NCBI GenBank assembly: GCA_963778655.1
Contig: CAVZVA010000005.1
Coordinates: 288,001 to 352,000, forward strand
DNA length: 64,000 nucleotides
Direction: 5' to 3'
Source of the DNA: an uncultured delta proteobacterium
GTDB lineage: Bacteria; Myxococcota_A; Polyangia; Polyangiales; JAFGIB01
Positions 60,144 through 64,000 of the stretch are shown in pieces. Within the stretch, counting starts at the first letter, position 1; every line of letters starts with the position of its first letter. The translations under genes and the position numbers were made by a program. The notes under the pieces are model-generated. The model was not told the origin of the DNA and did not search any database. It worked only from the letters and a program-made list of their open reading frames with translations.

Positions 60144-61790
60144 ATGTCCCTACAGCGACTGGCCGGCGCGCTCACCGGGATCGGCATCGCGCTCGTGCTC
60201 CCGCTTTGCCTCGGGGCTCGTGCTGCGGCCCAGGGCGGGCCGGTGATCGAGCAGATCCAGCCGACCTCCGGCCCTCCGGGCACGCTGGTCAACATCGTGG
60301 GGCGTCACTTCGGTCCGGACGCCAAGGCCAGCCTCGGCGTGCAACCGCTGCCGATCGTCGAGAGCCTGCCCAATCGCATCACCGTGCGCATCCCGGCCGG
60401 GCTGCAGAGCGGCAACATCGCGGTCACCGCGGCGAGCGGGACCGTGCGCGGGCCGGAGTTTCGGCTGGTGCCGGCGTCCCCGGCGCCCGAAATCGATAGC
60501 GTCGATCCGCTTTCGGGGCCGCCCGGGACGCACGTGGTGATTCGCGGCCAGCACTTCTCGCCGCTGCTCACCGGCAACGTAGTGACGCTCGCGGGTCAGC
60601 CAATCGTGGTGCTCTCGGCCGCGCCCCAGCGACTCGAGGTGATCGTGTCCGACGTCAAGAGCGGCGGCCCCTTCGCGGTGCGGGTAGGGCAGGCGGGCGA
60701 GGCCACCAGCAAGCAGTCCTTCGCGCTCAGCGCGGCCACCACCATCAGCGCGGTCGAGCCGATGCGCGGCGCGCCGGGCTCGCAGCTGACCATTCACGGG
60801 CAAGGCTTCTCCAAGCGGTCGGCCGACGACCGTGTGTACCTCAACAGCGTGCCGCTGAGGGTGAAGTCGGCGAGCGAGAGCGAGCTGGTGGTGGTGCTTC
60901 CGCTCAAGGTCGCATCGGGTAAGCTGCTGGTCGACGTGCGCGACGCTGGCCGCGCCTACAGCGCTGAGCCGTTCGTGATCCAGCGACCCCCGAGCATCGT
61001 CGCCTTCGAGCCCAAGAAGGGGCCGCCCGGCACGGTGATCACCGTGCGCGGCACCAACTTCGGCAGCGCACCGGACGCGATCGAGGCCAAGCTCGGCGAC
61101 GCGCAGCTGCACGTGCGGGACGCGCGCGATACGCGGCTCGAGCTCGACGTCCCCGAGGGCGCCAAGGACGGCAAGCTCTCGATCCGCGTCCATGGCGTGG
61201 GCCCGGCCTGGTCATCGCAGGACTTCGCGGTGCTGCCGGTGCTCCGGGTGACCAACTTCAGCCCGCAGTCGGGGCCGGCCGGCAGCGGAATCGCGGTCGA
61301 GGGGCAGGGCTTTGGCGACTCGCCCGCGCGCGTGCGGGCGAGCGTCGCGGGCCGGCCCGCGCGGGTGCTCGAGGTCAGCCCGACCCGGCTCAGGCTGCGC
61401 GTGCCCAAGGGCCGCAGCGGGCCGCTCGAGGTGAGGGTGGCCGGCAGCGGCGCGGTGAGCACGACCGATCCCTTCGTCGTGACCGTGCCGCCCGTGATCG
61501 CTGCGGTCACGCCCGAGAAGGGCGCGGTCGGCACCGAGGTCACGATCCAGGGCAGTGGCTTCGGCATCAATCCGGCGGTGCCCAAGGTGACGCTCGGCGA
61601 TCACCCGCTGACGGTGAAATCGGTGCGAGACGACCGGTTGGTGGTCCGCGTCGCGCCCGGTGCCCAGAGCGGGCGGCTGAAGGTGGCGATTCCCCTGCAG
61701 GGCGAGGTCGAGACCGACTGGGTTTTCGAGGTCCTGCCCGCCTCGCCAGCGCCGGCCGCGGCGCCCGCCAGCCAGACGGCGGCGCACTGA
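60144..61790 (+). CDS. Secreted protein with six IPT/TIG domains
   Basis: AGGAGG RBS; signal peptide; six PxIxxxxPxxGxxGxxVxIxGxxF repeats. Confidence 0.88.
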   Translation: MSLQRLAGALTGIGIALVLPLCLGARAAAQGGPVIEQIQPTSGPPGTLVNIVGRHFGPDAKASLGVQPLPIVESLPNRITVRIPAGLQSGNIAVTAASGTVRGPEFRLVPASPAPEIDSVDPLSGPPGTHVVIRGQHFSPLLTGNVVTLAGQPIVVLSAAPQRLEVIVSDVKSGGPFAVRVGQAGEATSKQSFALSAATTISAVEPMRGAPGSQLTIHGQGFSKRSADDRVYLNSVPLRVKSASESELVVVLPLKVASGKLLVDVRDAGRAYSAEPFVIQRPPSIVAFEPKKGPPGTVITVRGTNFGSAPDAIEAKLGDAQLHVRDARDTRLELDVPEGAKDGKLSIRVHGVGPAWSSQDFAVLPVLRVTNFSPQSGPAGSGIAVEGQGFGDSPARVRASVAGRPARVLEVSPTRLRLRVPKGRSGPLEVRVAGSGAVSTTDPFVVTVPPVIAAVTPEKGAVGTEVTIQGSGFGINPAVPKVTLGDHPLTVKSVRDDRLVVRVAPGAQSGRLKVAIPLQGEVETDWVFEVLPASPAPAAAPASQTAAH

Positions 61791-61825
61791 CTCCAGTCCG
61801 CGCCGGCCGCGTCCGATTCGAAAGA

Positions 61826-61893
61826 GATCCACAGCAAGACCGGAAGGGACCATCTCGTTTTTGTCTTCCCGCCTTCCGGTCTCGCCGTGAATC
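61826..61893. repeat. REP-like hairpin, copy 5
   Basis: GATCCACAGCAAGACCGGAAGG...CTTCCCGCCTTCCGGTCTCGCCGTGAATC. Confidence 0.6.
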
Positions 61894-61989
61894 CCAGATG
61901 GGTGGCCCCGGGCTCGCGCCGTGCTGGCGCGTTGCCATTCGCCAAGCGCGATTTCGGCGCTATACTGCGCAGCTTCATCCCGGAGGTGA

Positions 61990-63453
<1,464 letters not shown>

Positions 63454-63636
63454 GGGCCTTTCGGCCTGGACGCGGGCTCGATTTCGGTTTGCGATCCGGG
63501 TCCGAAACGTGAACTTTACGCTCAGACCGCGGAAACCCGAGTCTGCGACTTGCCGATTGCGGCCCGCGGCCTAATACCCCCCCCGCCACTGGCGCGCCTC
63601 GCAGGTATTGGTCACGCTCCAGGCAGTGGTCCCGAA

Positions 63637-64000
63637 ATGGTTATGCGCATCCTTCTCACGGCAATCGGCTTGCTCGTCGTCATCGGGGCTCTGGTGGGCA
63701 CGAAGGTCGCCCAGTTCCGCAGCATGGGCGCGATGGCCGCGGGCGCGCGGCCCCCGCCCGCAGCGGTAGCGGCCAAGCCCGTCGACGAGCAGAGCTGGCA
63801 CACCACCTTCGACGCGGTCGGTACGGTGGTCCCGGTCCACGGCGTGGTGCTCCACGCCGAGGTCGCCGGCACCATTCGCCGCATCCACTTCGACTCGGGT
63901 GCGGCGGTGCGGGCCGGTGCGGTGCTGGTCGAGCTCGACAGCTCGACCGAGCAGGCGCAGCTCAAGTCGGCGCTCGCGAGCGCCGAGCTCGCGCGGCTCA
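63637..64000 (+). CDS. RND efflux periplasmic adaptor (5' part; runs off the window)
   Basis: Translated by hand: MVMRILLTAIGLLVVIGALVGTK..AVGTVVPVHGVVLHAEVAGTIRRIHFDSGAAVRAGAVLVELD. Confidence 0.85.
   Translation, partial: MVMRILLTAIGLLVVIGALVGTKVAQFRSMGAMAAGARPPPAAVAAKPVDEQSWHTTFDAVGTVVPVHGVVLHAEVAGTIRRIHFDSGAAVRAGAVLVELDSSTEQAQLKSALASAELARL

Overview
Very GC-rich bacterial chromosomal window. Its gene content (Cys-rich repeat lipoproteins, DUF4388/MshEN-like proteins, a Ser/Thr kinase, a TSP3-OmpA protein, Tad pilins) suggests Myxococcota, probably Polyangia; this is inference. It holds about 55 genes: the start of a Tad/Flp pilus locus (including a second pilin the ORF track missed), housekeeping genes (hisS with a 1-nt frameshift, tyrS, metF, hisHF, aroC, mgtE, prlC, thiD, a topo IV-like pair, guaB) and many envelope proteins. 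The best candidate for an undescribed system is a tightly coupled 9-gene lipid operon (17352-28079). It encodes a HAD protein lacking its catalytic residues, a fatty acyl reductase, a thioester-reductase SDR, a polysaccharide pyruvyltransferase-family protein, two acyl-CoA ligases, a crotonase, a DAG-kinase-family protein and a TetR, with a perfect 24-bp palindromic operator inside its promoter. Taken together these enzymes suggest a possible PEP-dependent route to alkyl-glycerol ether lipids (hypothesis). Non-coding finds: a 178-bp MITE inserted at the tyrS stop codon, a MIRU-like 146-bp insert that preserves translational coupling between the topoisomerase genes, a five-copy REP-like hairpin family, and a collapsed alpha-hydroxy-acid oxidase pseudogene. 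I recognised no rRNA, tRNA, CRISPR array or transposase by eye. All family assignments come from motif recognition, not database searches.
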